Positions 40,046 through 53,345 of a DNA stretch of 64,000 nt are shown one piece after another; the first letter of the stretch is position 1, and every line of letters starts with the position of its first letter. The DNA is taken from the NCBI RefSeq assembly GCF_006345805.1, contig NC_043000.1:104718001-104782000 (forward strand), given 5' to 3'. The notes beneath the pieces are model-generated. The model was not told the DNA's origin and ran no database searches. It was given only the letters and a program-made list of their open reading frames with translations. The translations under genes were made by a program, and so were the position numbers. The DNA comes from Octopus sinensis (Eukaryota).

Positions 40046-40821
40046 ACAACAACAACAACAAAAACAACAACAAAAACAACAACAACAACAACAGATAGAT
40101 AAATAAATAAAAACGTTTTTGCGCAGTGAGATCGAACCATGAAACTATTTAGTTGCGAAACGAGCTTCTTAGCAACACAGCTATGCCGGTTTTAAAATGA
40201 TTGCAAAAAATTATTTTCTGCAAACGCATTAATAACCCTGTGTATAACGCTTGTGCAATCACATTTAAAATGTAATATTTTTGTTTGAAGTGATGCAAGC
40301 AAATTGATAATAAACTGCAGCAAAAAAGAAAAAAAGAAATTTCCGAAAATTAAAAATAATGATCGCGCGCTAAAATCATTATAATAGTCACACTGAACCA
40401 TTGACGAGGAAGTCGAGATCTGTTAGCATAGTGCATTAGGTTAGTGTCATTGCTTCTTTATTTATTTAAGTGGCATATTAGCGGAGTCATTAGAGCGGAT
40501 GGCAAAATGCCTTGCGGTATTTGCTCCGGTTCCTGATTCTTCTTGATGTATTTCAACTGGAACAAAGACCGCGCTCTGAGTTTAAAATCCCGCCGAGGTC
40601 AACTTTGTCTTTCATCCTTTCAGGTTCGATTAAACAAGAACCAGTCCAAGCCGGTGAACTGGCAGAATTGTTAGATCATCGAAAGAGATGTCTAGCAAAA
40701 TTTATTCTAACGCTTTGTACTCTGAGTTCATAGGTGGTAGACATAATCCGTCGCTCCGGTTTAACAGCCACGTTTGATATTTTTAGCGGAGTTGCAAGTA
40801 TTCAGGTTAAGTTTGAGGATA

Positions 40822-41260
40822 ATTTCTTCTTCTTCTTCTTCTTCTTCCGCCTCACCTCTTCTCTTCTTCCTCTTCTGTCTCACAACTCCCTCCTCCTCCC
40901 ACTCTTCCTCTTCTTCCACCTTACCTCTCCCCTTTCGCTTCACTCTTCGCCCTCTTCCATCTCACCCCACCTTTTCCTCTTCCGCCTCACCTTTCTTCTT
41001 CACCCTCGCTCCTCCACTCTGTCCACCTCACATCTCCTCCTCCTCCTCCCCCTCCTCCACCTATTTTTCCATCTTGCTTCTCCCCTTCCTCTTCTTCCAT
41101 ATCATCTCACCTCTTCCTCTTCCGCCTCATTTTTCCTCTTTCCCCTCACTCCTCATCCCCTCCTCTCTTCTCACATTCCTCATACCTCCCCCTCATCCTT
41201 CCCTTTTCCCGTTCCCCTTTCCCTCTCCTCCTCCTCCACCTCATCCTCCTATCAATCTCG
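40822..41260. repeat. Polypyrimidine (TTC/CCT) low-complexity tract
   Basis: Direct reading. Confidence 0.85.
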
Positions 41261-41511
41261 GAGACTCAGAAAATGAAGAGCTAAATGTGCTGTCTCCAAC
41301 CCCTTGAGTAAATCGTAAAACAAAACAAACAACGAATTCGGTAATAATAAATTACTACACTGTTTGACACAATACTTAGCAAGCATTACTAAGCATTTGT
41401 AAAATGCTTGAAATATATAAAAGTTATATTTCATTTATAAAAACCAAAAGAAAATTTTTCTGGAAAAAACAAAAGAGTTTGCTTTATCAGTAGTAAATCA
41501 CTTGGGGAGAC

Positions 41512-41565
<54 letters not shown>

Positions 41566-43235
41566 AGAAAGAGAGAGAGAGGGGGGAGAAAGAGAGAGAG
41601 TGGAGGTTAGGGTGGCGTTTAAAGTGTGACACAACTACGCGAGTTCTTTAATAACAGATATGATTGTAAAACTAAAAATGGAATATATTTCCATGGAAAC
41701 AAAGCTATGTCTTTATCTCAAAAACGAAATTAAAATACCTGTTATAACAGCCAAGAAGATGTAATTAATTTGTACATTATAGCTGAAGGACAACTACTGC
41801 TTCGTCACCTTTTCGTTTATGTGTGTTTGTATGTGTCTGTATCTGTGATTGTGTGTATGTGTGTGTGTGTATTTTTCTGTCTGTCTTTGCGTGTCTGTTT
41901 GTGTATGCACGTGTTTGTATCAGAGTGTGTGTCTTTGTGTGTATGTATATTCTTTCTTTAATTAGAAAGGATTTTCAAATATAAAATGTCTTTAATATTT
42001 ATTATTAAAGAATTCAATATAGTATATCCAACAGTAAGAGCATTTTACTTTACATTTTACACTTTTTAAAAATTTGTTTCATCTACTTTCAAAATTATTT
42101 CTTACTTTCTTAAAAGAAGAATATTCCAAGAGACAACTGAGCAGTGGCGGCTCGTAGATAAAATTTATGGTGATGCTGCTTCAGAAAATTTTTAGCCGTT
42201 ATTTTAATATTGTGTAAAAAGAAACAAACATATAAAAAGAATATTTATACATAAACTTGATCGGTTTGCGTTTTAGCCACTGCTGGGTAGTGTGCTTAAT
42301 TTGTTCATTGAACACAGCCGCGAACTCTCCCTTGTTTTTCAAAAATTCCCCCTAAATCACAAAATAGGGGGAAGGTCTGCCCTACTTTTCAAATCCTGGC
42401 AGCAACACTGTAGCTGAAAGCAGGATAATAATCTAATTTTACCCTTTATCACATTCAAGAATATAAACACGTTTTTAAGCACAACACACGCGGAGTCAAA
42501 AAGAAACACTACCTTTCATCAGAACATCAGGGTCGGTACTGCGTGAACCATGATGATCTCTCTCCATAGCGTGCAGCTTCCTATCTCGGACATGTGAGCA
42601 TGCGCACAACAGCAAAGCATTTTGACGCTGGAACTGTGAACGCTGATCCCTAATAAAGTGGCAATGCTCTTTTATTTAAATCAAAGCTCACAAATCTGTT
42701 GACTTCACTTAAATATTTATTATCTGGTGTCGACATTGCTCTCGTTGAAAACTGGTCGCTAACACATTTCAACTACCAGATTATTTTTGTTTTGTAGATT
42801 TCACGCAGATCCCTAATAAAGTGGCAATGCTCTTTAATTTAAATCAAAGCTCTTAGGGTTTATGGTTCTTTGAATTGGTTGATGTAGGCATATATGTATG
42901 TGCTTGCTGATAAACTTGCACTCGAATAGTAGGTTTACTTTTGGGGATAGAACATAATTATGTATGTGTGTGTGAGCGCGTGCCCTGCATTACGTTTATG
43001 TGTACGTGCGTATGTGTATTCTACATGTATATCTCATTGTGTACATATGCTCAGTGAGGAACCTGCAATGAAGAATCCCTGAAATGCTTTACAAATGTTC
43101 ACTGTACCTCTAAGCAATTCAGCGGCCTCTCCTCTGTTTTGGCGAATATGAGCATTTCTTTGTTTATATGCCGACATGTATCTTTGTATGTTTCTATATA
43201 TTTAAATGTTTATATGTGCGTGTCTATATACGCGT

Positions 43236-43280
<45 letters not shown>

Positions 43281-43326
43281 TATAAATGTACATGTATGTA
43301 TGTGTGTATGTATGTATGCATGTATA

Positions 43327-44050
43327 CGAGGTGGTATCGAAAAGTTCCTTAACTAGTTATGTTTAATAAAAAGTAACTTATTTACCAAAGTTTTGATATC
43401 ATCTCCTTCGAAATAGTCACCATGCGCAGCAATACACCGGTCCCAGCGTTCTTGCCACTTTTAGGATCCGGCATGGAGTTCGTTTTCCGTAAGCGAGTCG
43501 AGGACCTTCTGTGATTCGCTCTAGATTTCAACAACGGTGTGAAAATAGCTACCTTTGATCTGCATTTTCATCTTGGGGAAGAGATGGAAGTCCGCAGGTG
43601 CTAAATCTTGCGAAATGGACGGGTGCGGAAGCAATACCATGATGTTTTGGGGGAGAATTTCTTCACATTTCTGCGTATGACGCTCATGGCAGGTATTCCA
43701 GATTGCTCATCGTCTTTGAAGCGTCTGTGCCTCTTGAAACATTGCATACGACCCATTGCCTCGTCGCTGTAAGCTTGCCGAAGCATGTTCAATGTCGCTG
43801 TAGTAGACTTCCCAAGTTTAACGCAGAATTTCACGTTGGCTCTTTGTCCAACTAGTTATGACAAAATTGTAGACTACAGCATGTGATCACAAAAACATAA
43901 ATTTCACAATTTTGCGAAGTAAACACAGCAATGTTGCTCGGCCCACTACCTCATGGAGGTCACTGCTAGCTCTCACTGCGCACGCAACCGTGTGCTGTCA
44001 TCTGTTGGCACGCTTGAGAACTAGACCGGGAACTTTTTGATACCACCACG
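43327..44050 (-). mobile_element. Internally deleted mariner (Tc1/mariner) element
   Basis: TA TSD at 43325-26 and 44051-52. TIRs cgaggtggtatcgaaaagttcc / cgtggtggtatcaaaaagttcc (20/22). HTH remnant KFCVKLGKSTTATLNMLRQAY and C-terminus KWQERWDRCIAAHGDYFEGD. Confidence 0.9.
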
Positions 44051-44078
44051 TACTCCCTTCCTGTCGAGTTAACTGTGT

Positions 44079-46100
44079 GGAAGTTTTTTGAAAATTTTCA
44101 TCAAAATATTGGAAAATTTTTGAAAATTTTCATCAGAATTTTTGAAAAGTTTTTTGACAATTTTCATCAAAATATTGGAAAGTTTTTGAAAATTTTCATC
44201 AAAATTTTTGAAAACTTTAATGAAAATTTTCACCAAAATTTTCCCCACAAATTTTTGAAAAGTTTTTTTTAAATTTTCATCAAAATTTTAAAAATATTTT
44301 TTGAAAATTTTCATCAAAACTTTGGAAGTTTTTTGAAAATTTCCAAAATTTTGATGAAAATTTTTGAGGAAAAGTTTTAAATAAATTTTCAAAACATTTT
44401 GGGGAAAATTTAAAAAAAATTTTTTTTAATTTTTCTAAAACTTTACAAAAATTTTAGCGAAGATTTTCAAAAAAATTTTCAAAAATTTTGATGATTCTTT
44501 TCAAAAAAACTTTCCAAAATTCTGATGATAATTTTCAAAAAACCTTTCCAAATTTTTCCAAAAAGTTTTCAAAAATTTTGATGAAAATTTTCAAAAAAAC
44601 TTTCCAATAATTTTTCAAACATTTTTGGGGAAAATTTTTTGGGGAAATTTTCGAAAAATTTTTCAAAAATTTTTGGAGAAAATATTCAAAAAATTTTTGA
44701 AAAATGTTTGGGGAAAATTTTCAAAAATTTTCAAAAACTTTTGGAGAAATGTTTTAAAAAAAATTTTTAAAAAATTTTGGGGAAAATTTAAAAAAAAAAT
44801 TTTTTTTAATTTTTCTAAAACTTTACAAAAATTTTAGCGAAGATTTTCAAAAAATTTTCAAAAATTTTGATGATTCTTTTCAAAAAAACTTTCCAAAATT
44901 CTGATGATAATTTTCAAAAAACCTTTCCAAATTTTTCCAAAAAGTTTTCAAAAATTTTGATGAAAATTTTCAAAAAACTTTCCAATAATTTTTCAAACAT
45001 TTTTGGGGAAAATTTTTTGGGGAAATTTTCGAAAAATTTTTCAAAAATTTTTGGAGAAAATATTCAAAAAATTTTTGAAAAATGTTTGGGGAAAATTTTC
45101 AAAAAATTTTTCAAAAACTTTTGGAGAAATGTTTTAAAAAAATTTTTAAAAAATTTTGGGGAAAATTTAAAAAAAAAATTTTTTTTAATTTTTCAAAAAC
45201 TTTTCAAAAAAATTTTCAAAAATTTTAATGAAACTTTTCATAAAAACTTTCCATATTTCTGATGAAAATTTTCAAAAATCCTTTCCAAATTTTTCCAAAA
45301 AGTTTTCCGCCAAAAATTATAAAATTATTTATCGAAAATATTTCCCAAAATTTAAAAAAAATTTTTTTGAAAACTTTTCAAGAAATTTTCGTCAAAAATT
45401 TTAACAAAATATTTTGAAAATTTTCACCAAAAATTCTTGAAAATTTTCCCCACAAATTTTCTTAAAAAAAGTTTTTTGAAAATTTTCCCCAAAATTTTAG
45501 AAAAATTTTTGAAAAATTTTTTGAAAATTTTCCCCAAAGATTTTTCAAAAGTTTTTTGAAAATTTTCTCCAAAGATTTTAGAAACATTTTTGGAAAATTT
45601 CCACCAAAAATTTTTCAATTATTTATCGAAAATATTTCCCGAAATTTTTGGAAAATTTTTTTGAAAATTTTCTCCAAAAATTTTTTGAAAATTTTCCCCA
45701 AAGATTTTTCAAGAAATTTACGTCAAAAATTTCTGAAAATTTTCCTCAAAAATTTTTGAAAATTTTCCCCAAAATTATTTTTCGAAAATATTTCCCAAAA
45801 TTTTTTTTAATTGTTTTGAAAATTTTTCAAGAAATTTTCGTCAAAAATTTTAACAAAATGTTTTGAAAATTTTCACCAAAAATTTTTGAAAATTTTCCTC
45901 AAAAATTTTTGAAAATTCTTTTGCAAATTTTCTCCAAAAATTTTTCAAAATTATTTGAAAATTTTCCCAAAAGATTTTTCAAAAATTTTTCAAAATTTTC
46001 AAAAATTTTTGGGAAAATTTTCAATTTTTGAAAAATTTTTTGTAAATTTTCCCCAGATATTTTTGAAAAATTTTTGAAGAATTTTTTGAAAATTTTTCTC
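44079..46100. repeat. AT-rich A-tract satellite / foldback-like block 1
   Basis: Built from gaaaattttc/caaaattttg-type palindromic 10-mers. 380-bp tandem period (44441 versus 44821); internal inversions. Confidence 0.85.
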
Positions 46101-46724
46101 AAGTCAACCTCGACGGAATTTGAACTCAGAACGTAAAGACAGACGAAATACCGCTTCTAAAATAATCTGTACGTCAAAGTCGACCTTGACGAAGTTTGAA
46201 CTCAAAAACGCATAGACAGACGAAATAAAGTCCAGTATTTTAACCGGCGTGCTAACGTTTCTGCCAGGTCATTGCCTCGCAAAGCGAACATTGTTTTTAG
46301 AAATACTTTCCTTATTCTTATAGCTGAGGTGTTACTGACAGAATATTTCGTAACATTTTACCTCATGAGTCTTTTTCTACTAAATTTTGTTCAATGCGAA
46401 TAATGAGTCTGAATTATTCGTGCATTTTTCTATCATTTAAGCCTAAGAAGGATGTACTTTTAATTTAAAATTTAAAAGTTTAAGTTAATTGAAGGAGAAT
46501 AGGTGAATCACTACCCCGCTTGAGGTCGCTGATATTTAGATGTAACTTTTTTTCTACTGAACCAAATCTCAAACTATTTATGCCAAAGTGTAGCTAAGTG
46601 TTTAACAGTTTGCAATTTAATTGAGAACTAGTGGTGAAGCTTGGAAGCGGTTGACGAAATGGTAGACTTAGGAATATATTCAACCACTACCGTGGTTGAA
46701 TGATATATATGCACATATACATAC

Positions 46725-46792
<68 letters not shown>

Positions 46793-46817
46793 CATACACA
46801 CATATACATACATATAC

Positions 46818-46903
<86 letters not shown>

Positions 46904-46950
46904 TAGCAGTTTTTCCTGGTTTCACCTGGGTAGATTGGTTAATGTTGCTG

Positions 46951-47819
46951 TAAAAAAATTTTGAAAAAACTTCCAAAAATTTTGGTGAAAATTTTCAAAA
47001 AACTTTTCAAAAATTTTGATGAAACTTTTCAAAAAACTTTCCAAAATTTTGACGAAAATTTTCAAAAAACTTTTCAAAAAACTTTTCAAAAAACTTTCCA
47101 AAATTTTGATGAAACTTTTCAAAAAACTTTTCAAAAATTTTGATGAAAATTTTTGAAAAGTTTCTTGAAAAGTTTCATTTGGAAAGGTTTTTGAAAATTT
47201 TCATCCAAATTTTCAGAAATTTTGTTGAATATTTTTGAAAAATTTTTTGAAAAATTTTTTGAAAAGTTTCATTTGGAAAGTTTTTTGAAAATTTTTATCA
47301 AAACTTTTGAAAATTTTAAAAAAGTTTCTTGAAAAGTTTCATCAAAATTTTGGAAAGTTTTTTGAAAATTTTCATCCAAATTTTTGAAACTTTTCAGCAA
47401 AATTTTTACCAAGATATTTGAAAGGTTTTTGAAAATTTTCATCCAAATTTTCAGAAATTTTGTTGAATATTTTTGAAAAGTTTTTTGAAAATTTTTATCA
47501 AAACTTTTGAAAAGGTTATTTGAAAAGTTTCATCAAAATTTCTGAAAATTTTTCTGAAAATTTTCATCAAAATTTTTGAGAGTTTTTTGAAAATTTTCAT
47601 CAAAATTTTTGAAGTATTTTGAAAATTTTCATCTAAAAAAATTTTGAGAAAACTTTTGAAAGATTTTGATAAAAATTTTCAAAAAACTTTTCAAAAATTT
47701 TGATGTAAATTTTCAAAAAAGTTTTCAAAAATTTTAATGAAAATTTTCAAAAAACTCCAAAATTTTGATGAAAATTTTCAGAAAAATTTCAGAAATTTTG
47801 ATGAAACTTTTCATCAAAA
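46951..47819. repeat. AT-rich A-tract satellite / foldback-like block 2
   Basis: Same subunits (ttttgatgaaaattttcaaaaaact and its reverse complement). Confidence 0.85.
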
Positions 47820-48943
47820 CTGTCCAGATATTCATTGCGGTAATCAAAGTTTTGGCATTCGTGTTGGATTTCAACACCATCTTCACCCTTTTTTAATACG
47901 CTGACCTTGACATTCATTTCTCTCTGTAGAATGTCATCCAGCTCCAAAATCCCTAAATATTTATACCCAGTACCGTCGGGTTCACCCATGGTCTCTCCTG
48001 ATGGTAACCGCAATCCTCTGCAGGCTGCTTTCTTCTCTCTTTTCATATTAAGTACTGAGCATTTGATAATCCCAAATTCTATGTCAATATCCCTACCACA
48101 TTTCTGGACTGTTTTGGTTGAGGGAACTATCTGTTTTTCAGATTTTCCAAGCAATTTCAGGTCATCCATAAACAGAAGATGGTTCAATGATGGGCCTTTC
48201 ATCCCACATCGATAACCTATCTTAACTTTCCTAAGTGTCATTGTTATGCGTATTAGTGCAATTACAAATAGTAACGTAGAAAACGAGTCACGTTGGAAGA
48301 TGCCCATTTTAATATTAACTTCTCCATTACTTGAGTACAATTTGGTTTTCCACTCTTCCATGCAATGCATCAGAAAATTTATGATATTGTCAGCAACACC
48401 AAATATCTGTAGGCATTCATCGATCCAAGAATGAGGCATCATATCATATGCTTTCTTAAAGTCAATCCAAGCCATAGACATGTTTGTATGATGTTTTTTA
48501 CAATGCCTCAAAACTGTTTTATCGATGACCAGGTAATCCTTGGTACCCTGAGAACTCTTCTTACATCCTTTTTGTTCCCTTGGTAGTATTTCTTCATGTG
48601 CCAGGAAAGTATATATCTTACAGATTATGTTTAGTCAAGTTTCCCACAAGGTAGTTTCTTACAATATTCCCCTTTTTTCTATCTTTCATTATAAGTGTCA
48701 TCCTCCTAGTCACCATCCACGCGGGGACTGTACCTTTCTGGACACACTCATTCAATGGACTGTTAATCTTTCATGCACCGCGGGGCATCTCTTCAGCCAA
48801 AAGCCATTAATCCCATTTAGTCCGGGGGCTTTCCAGTTCGGCACTTTACCCACCTGTTCTTTTATGTCAACCGTGCTTATGACAATATTCCTATGTTTCT
48901 TTCCTCTGTGTTGATAGTTCCTATCCACATTACATCCCTTTTA
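47820..48943 (-). mobile_element. R4/Dong-type LINE reverse transcriptase fragment
   Basis: Reads [82 protein letters not shown]. (AAT)n at the 5' side (48944-49005). Confidence 0.9.
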
Positions 48944-48946
48944 TGC

Positions 48947-48996
<50 letters not shown>

Positions 48997-49007
48997 TATT
49001 ATTATTT

Positions 49008-49325
49008 AATGCGGCGAGCAAGCAGAATCGTTAGCATACCAGGTAAAATGCTTAGCTGTATTTCATCCGTCTTTACGTTCTGAGTTCAAATTCCGCCGAG
49101 GTCGACTTTACCTTTCATCCTTTCGGGGTCGATAAATTAAGTACCAATGAAACACTGGAGTTAATGTAATCGACTAGTCCCTTCCCACAAGATTTGAGGG
49201 TTTGTGCCTATAGCAGAAAGGACTGTTATTATCATTTTCGTTTGGCTCAGGTTCGGTCCTATTCGTGGTAGGAATTATGTGGATAGCGGGTTACTACCTG
49301 TAACCTTAGGTATTCACAAGTTTTC

Positions 49326-49366
<41 letters not shown>

Positions 49367-49578
49367 GACGAGCTGGCAGAATCTTTAGCACGCCGGGCAA
49401 AATCCTTAGCGACATTCCGTCCGTCTTTACGTTTTGAATTCAAATTTCGCTGAGGTCGATTTTACCTTTCATCTTTTCGGGATCTATAAAATAATTACGA
49501 GTTGAGCATTGGGGTTGACGCTATCAACTATCTCCCTCCCCACAAAATTTCAGGCCTTGTACCTATAGTAGAAAATAT
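49008..49578 (+). mobile_element. Two tandem family B SINEs, each preceded by (ATT)n
   Basis: Copies at about 49008-49230 and 49365-49578. Confidence 0.8.
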
Positions 49579-49971
49579 TATGGTAACTGCAGCAATACAT
49601 GGAAATTAACACTGCTTCTGTTCGGAAAATTTTCACAAAAAATCGATTCTGTTGGCTTGAAAGAATTCAAATATTTAACCTTTTTTTTTTATAACTGGAT
49701 ATGGAAAAGATCAGATGAGTTTTTGTGTGTCTATTCTAATTGCAAGATTACCCTCCGGAGGAATCAGCATGTTTTTAATTTTAAATTTGTACTGGGTCGA
49801 TTGTTAAGTTAAAAATTTACAGAATGGCAAACAACAACTTAATGAAAAACGTTTAAGGGCGAATTATTGAACAAACAAAGAGGAGGAAAGAACGTAAATG
49901 AAAAGGTGGAAGAAGAGAAAAAGAGAGAGAGAGAGAAAGACGAAATGAAAAGCGTTTCTCGTTTCATCTAT

Positions 49972-50490
<519 letters not shown>

Positions 50491-51397
50491 ACACATCCAT
50501 ACCCGCGCCTAGAAAACAGGGAAAATAAAATTTACAATGACATAAGCAATGACAGTAATGGCAATTGCACCGACAAATACACCAGCAGAAAGAAGAATAA
50601 TAACTAAGAAAGTTGTCAAGAACGTTGGTAGTTTATTCAACTTCAATGAAGAATTCCTATGTTTGAGACTCTTTAACTTAAGTAGCTGCACAGTTAGCAA
50701 CAGCAGTAGCAAGGTGAGGGTGGAATTGTACCATGACAACACCACCACCACCACCACACACAACACCCCTACACCACCACCAAAATGTCAACAACAACAA
50801 CAACAATTTAATTGGAAATCACAAGCACAATCACTACAACCATAATCACAAATGAAAGAAAAATATTGAATATAAGATCACCTATGACAGCAACAGCAAA
50901 ATACACAAGATGACCCAATTTCTGCATCAGTGACGTTGTTGTTCAGAAGTGAGGCACTAAGAGACAGTTATAAATAGCAAAAGCGTATCCACATATGGGG
51001 AAGGCTTTGGCGGATTCCTTCCTCAAATCTCAAAGACTGATTGCTTGTCCGAACAAACTCCACCTCTAAACACAGACTGTTAAAAGAAAAGTATCTCCTT
51101 GACGTTAGACAATTTTTTTAAAATAAAAAAGCTCAACAAAAACTGTTTTAGAAAGGGCCGTCAATACTTCCCTCTCAAGAAACAAGAAGGCTGGATCAAT
51201 CAGGCTTTTCGTTACTTTTGCCGACACAGAACATCATTACTTTCCTCGAATTCTATTATTTTACTACATGTCATGGATTTCTTTTGTGCATTTGCTGTTG
51301 AATTTAGCTAAAACACGTATAGTGTAGTCCCTTATTGACGATGACTGGAACGTTGTACGAAAAGGAATTAAGGGATTACGTGGTGCTTTAAACTTAC

Positions 51398-51430
51398 CCA
51401 TATTGCTAAAAACTCGAAAGCTTGCAACAT
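51398..51430 (-). other. Candidate 33-nt exon
   Basis: attctcactgtag|ATGTTGCAAGCTTTCGAGTTTTTAGCAATATGG|gtaagt, with a consensus donor. Confidence 0.25.
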
Positions 51431-51681
51431 CTACAGTGAGAATGATATTTAACAATAAAGACAACATTGGGTCAACTGTTTGAGCAGCTACTCTATTAAC
51501 TTCCAGGTCATTGTTTTTTTATTCTTTCTTTTTTTTTTTAGACCCGATGTGATTGTGGTGCTAAATATGGAACAACACTTCAGCGTGTAGATCGAAAATT
51601 AGGCTGGACGAAATGTGCCGATAAACGCGATGGACATTCAAGTAAAAGTTAAAAGTTTATATGACGATTTACATATAGAAG

Positions 51682-52080
51682 AGGCGAGCTGGTAGAAACG
51701 TTAGCACACCAAGCGAAATGCGTAGCGTATTTCGTCTGCCGTTATGTTCTGAGTTCAAATTCCGCCGAGGTCGACTTTGCCTTTCATCCTTTCGGGGTCG
51801 ATAAATTAAGTACCAGTTACGCACTGGGGTCGATATAATCGACTTAATCCCTTTGTCTGTTCTTGTTTGTCCATTCTATGTTTAGCCCTTTGTGGGTAGT
51901 AAAGAAATAGGTATTTCGTCTGCCGCTACGTTCTGTGTTCAAATTCGACCGAGGTCCACTTTGCCTTTCAATCTTTCGGGCTCGATTAAATAAGTACCAG
52001 TTACGCACTGGGGTCAATATAATCGACTTAATCCGTTTGTCCTCTCTGTGTTTAGCCCCTTGTGGGTAGTAAAGAAATAA
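51682..52080 (+). mobile_element. Family B SINE dimer with LINE-like 3' ends
   Basis: Both units end tttagccc(t/c)ttgtgggtagtaaagaaata. Confidence 0.85.
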
Positions 52081-52656
52081 CATTTGAAAAAAACATTGCC
52101 AGAATGGCAATTGCTACAAATGGAAAATCTACATTAAATTTAGCTAGATATTGTGATGTTGGCAAATGATATAGCTTGGAGGTGTACATGATATGGTTGA
52201 GCTACTTGAGTCTTGTAGAGAAAGCTTGTTACATTGAGCATCTCAGGATGCTGTACCTGCGGAGGATACAAAAGCTTCAGCCACCCAGCTTCAGTTGGTG
52301 GCCGTTATAGAGGAAAGTTTGTAAGTCTTTGTTAATAACAATCCTAAATGTGAACGTATCATTAAATAGAAAAATTACAAGTGAAGTACATTATGAGATC
52401 AGTATCTTCACTGAACTATACAAAGAGATGGTGTGCCTTAAACGTGGAACAACTTTGGAAAAGTTTTTCACCTCTCAAGCAGTGAGTGATGGTTATGACT
52501 TACAGGGCAGAATATACTCTTTCACTCCTAGTAACTCCATCGCATCACTTCTACTCATAGCACTTGACATTATAACTACAATCCTAACAAGTTCTGTACT
52601 AGTGTAACTAATCTTGTTTTATTTTCAGATATTAATGTGGTTGATTTTTTTTTCAG

Positions 52657-52980
52657 GAAGAATTCCGTCGGGATACTTTTCAATTTCTAATATGAACGTC
52701 AATGGGAAAAATTTCGCGTTACGGAATTCCAGTTGAAAGTAAGATTTATAGGATACTGGCTTTAATGGATTAATATTGCTTTTCTCTTCAATACTAACTA
52801 TCTATAGATAGCTATGTTAAACATGCTAACATTAACATAACTATTGTTTTTCTTGCAGATGGCGTCTCCAAGTAATCCTCTAAACTATTCGAGTCGTCTA
52901 CGTCAACTTGAACATTTACTTAGTGGTTCTCCCATCACCACTTCAGCAAGTGTGGTGAAGTCTCTGCTTCTCTGGGGAAG
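52657..52980 (+). CDS. Candidate 5'UTR exon (52657-52738) plus first coding exon (ATG at 52859) of an unidentified gene
   Basis: tttttttcag|...|gtaaga, 120-bp intron, tttttcttgcag|ATG. Peptide MASPSNPLNYSSRLRQLEHLLSGSPITTSASVVKSLLLWG. Downstream donor is ambiguous. Confidence 0.4.
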
Positions 52981-53142
52981 GTTATAATAAAGCCTTTAAC
53001 ATATGGTGGTGTCTCCTGTACTTCACAAAAACCATTTTTTTTCATTACTCACGGCATAACATTTATTTCTCTGCTTGAACTCTTTACCAACACAGAACAT
53101 CACTATTTCAATTGATTTTATGTTTTACTTAACGATATCAAT

Positions 53143-53345
53143 CAGAATCGTTACCGCGCTGAGAAAAATGCTTAGCGACATCTCTTCTGTCTTAATGTCC
53201 TGAGTCCAAATTCTGCCGAGGTCCACTTTGCCTGTCATCCTTTCGAGGTCGATAAATTAAGTACCAGCCTGAGGACTGGGATCGATATAATCGACTTATC
53301 CCTTCCCTCGAAACTGCTGGCTTTGTGCCAAAATTTGAAATCAAT
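53143..53345 (+). mobile_element. SINE family B
   Basis: Match to the other copies. Confidence 0.7.

Noticed and set aside
42142-42282. hAT-like MITE (CAGTGGC...GCCACTG)
   Set aside because: Only a 7-8 bp IR and no 8-bp TSD.
42550-42650. Box C (ATGATGA) / box D (CTGA) snoRNA-like spacing
   Set aside because: No terminal stem and no recognisable rRNA-complementary guide.
46678-46701. 10-bp perfect hairpin (ATTCAACCAC-tacc-GTGGTTGAAT)
   Set aside because: Not followed by CTRR and no associated element; a short stem can arise by chance.
44075-47143. K/F/N-rich ORFs in the AT satellite
   Set aside because: A by-product of A/T homopolymer repeats, appearing on both strands; no splice or homology support.
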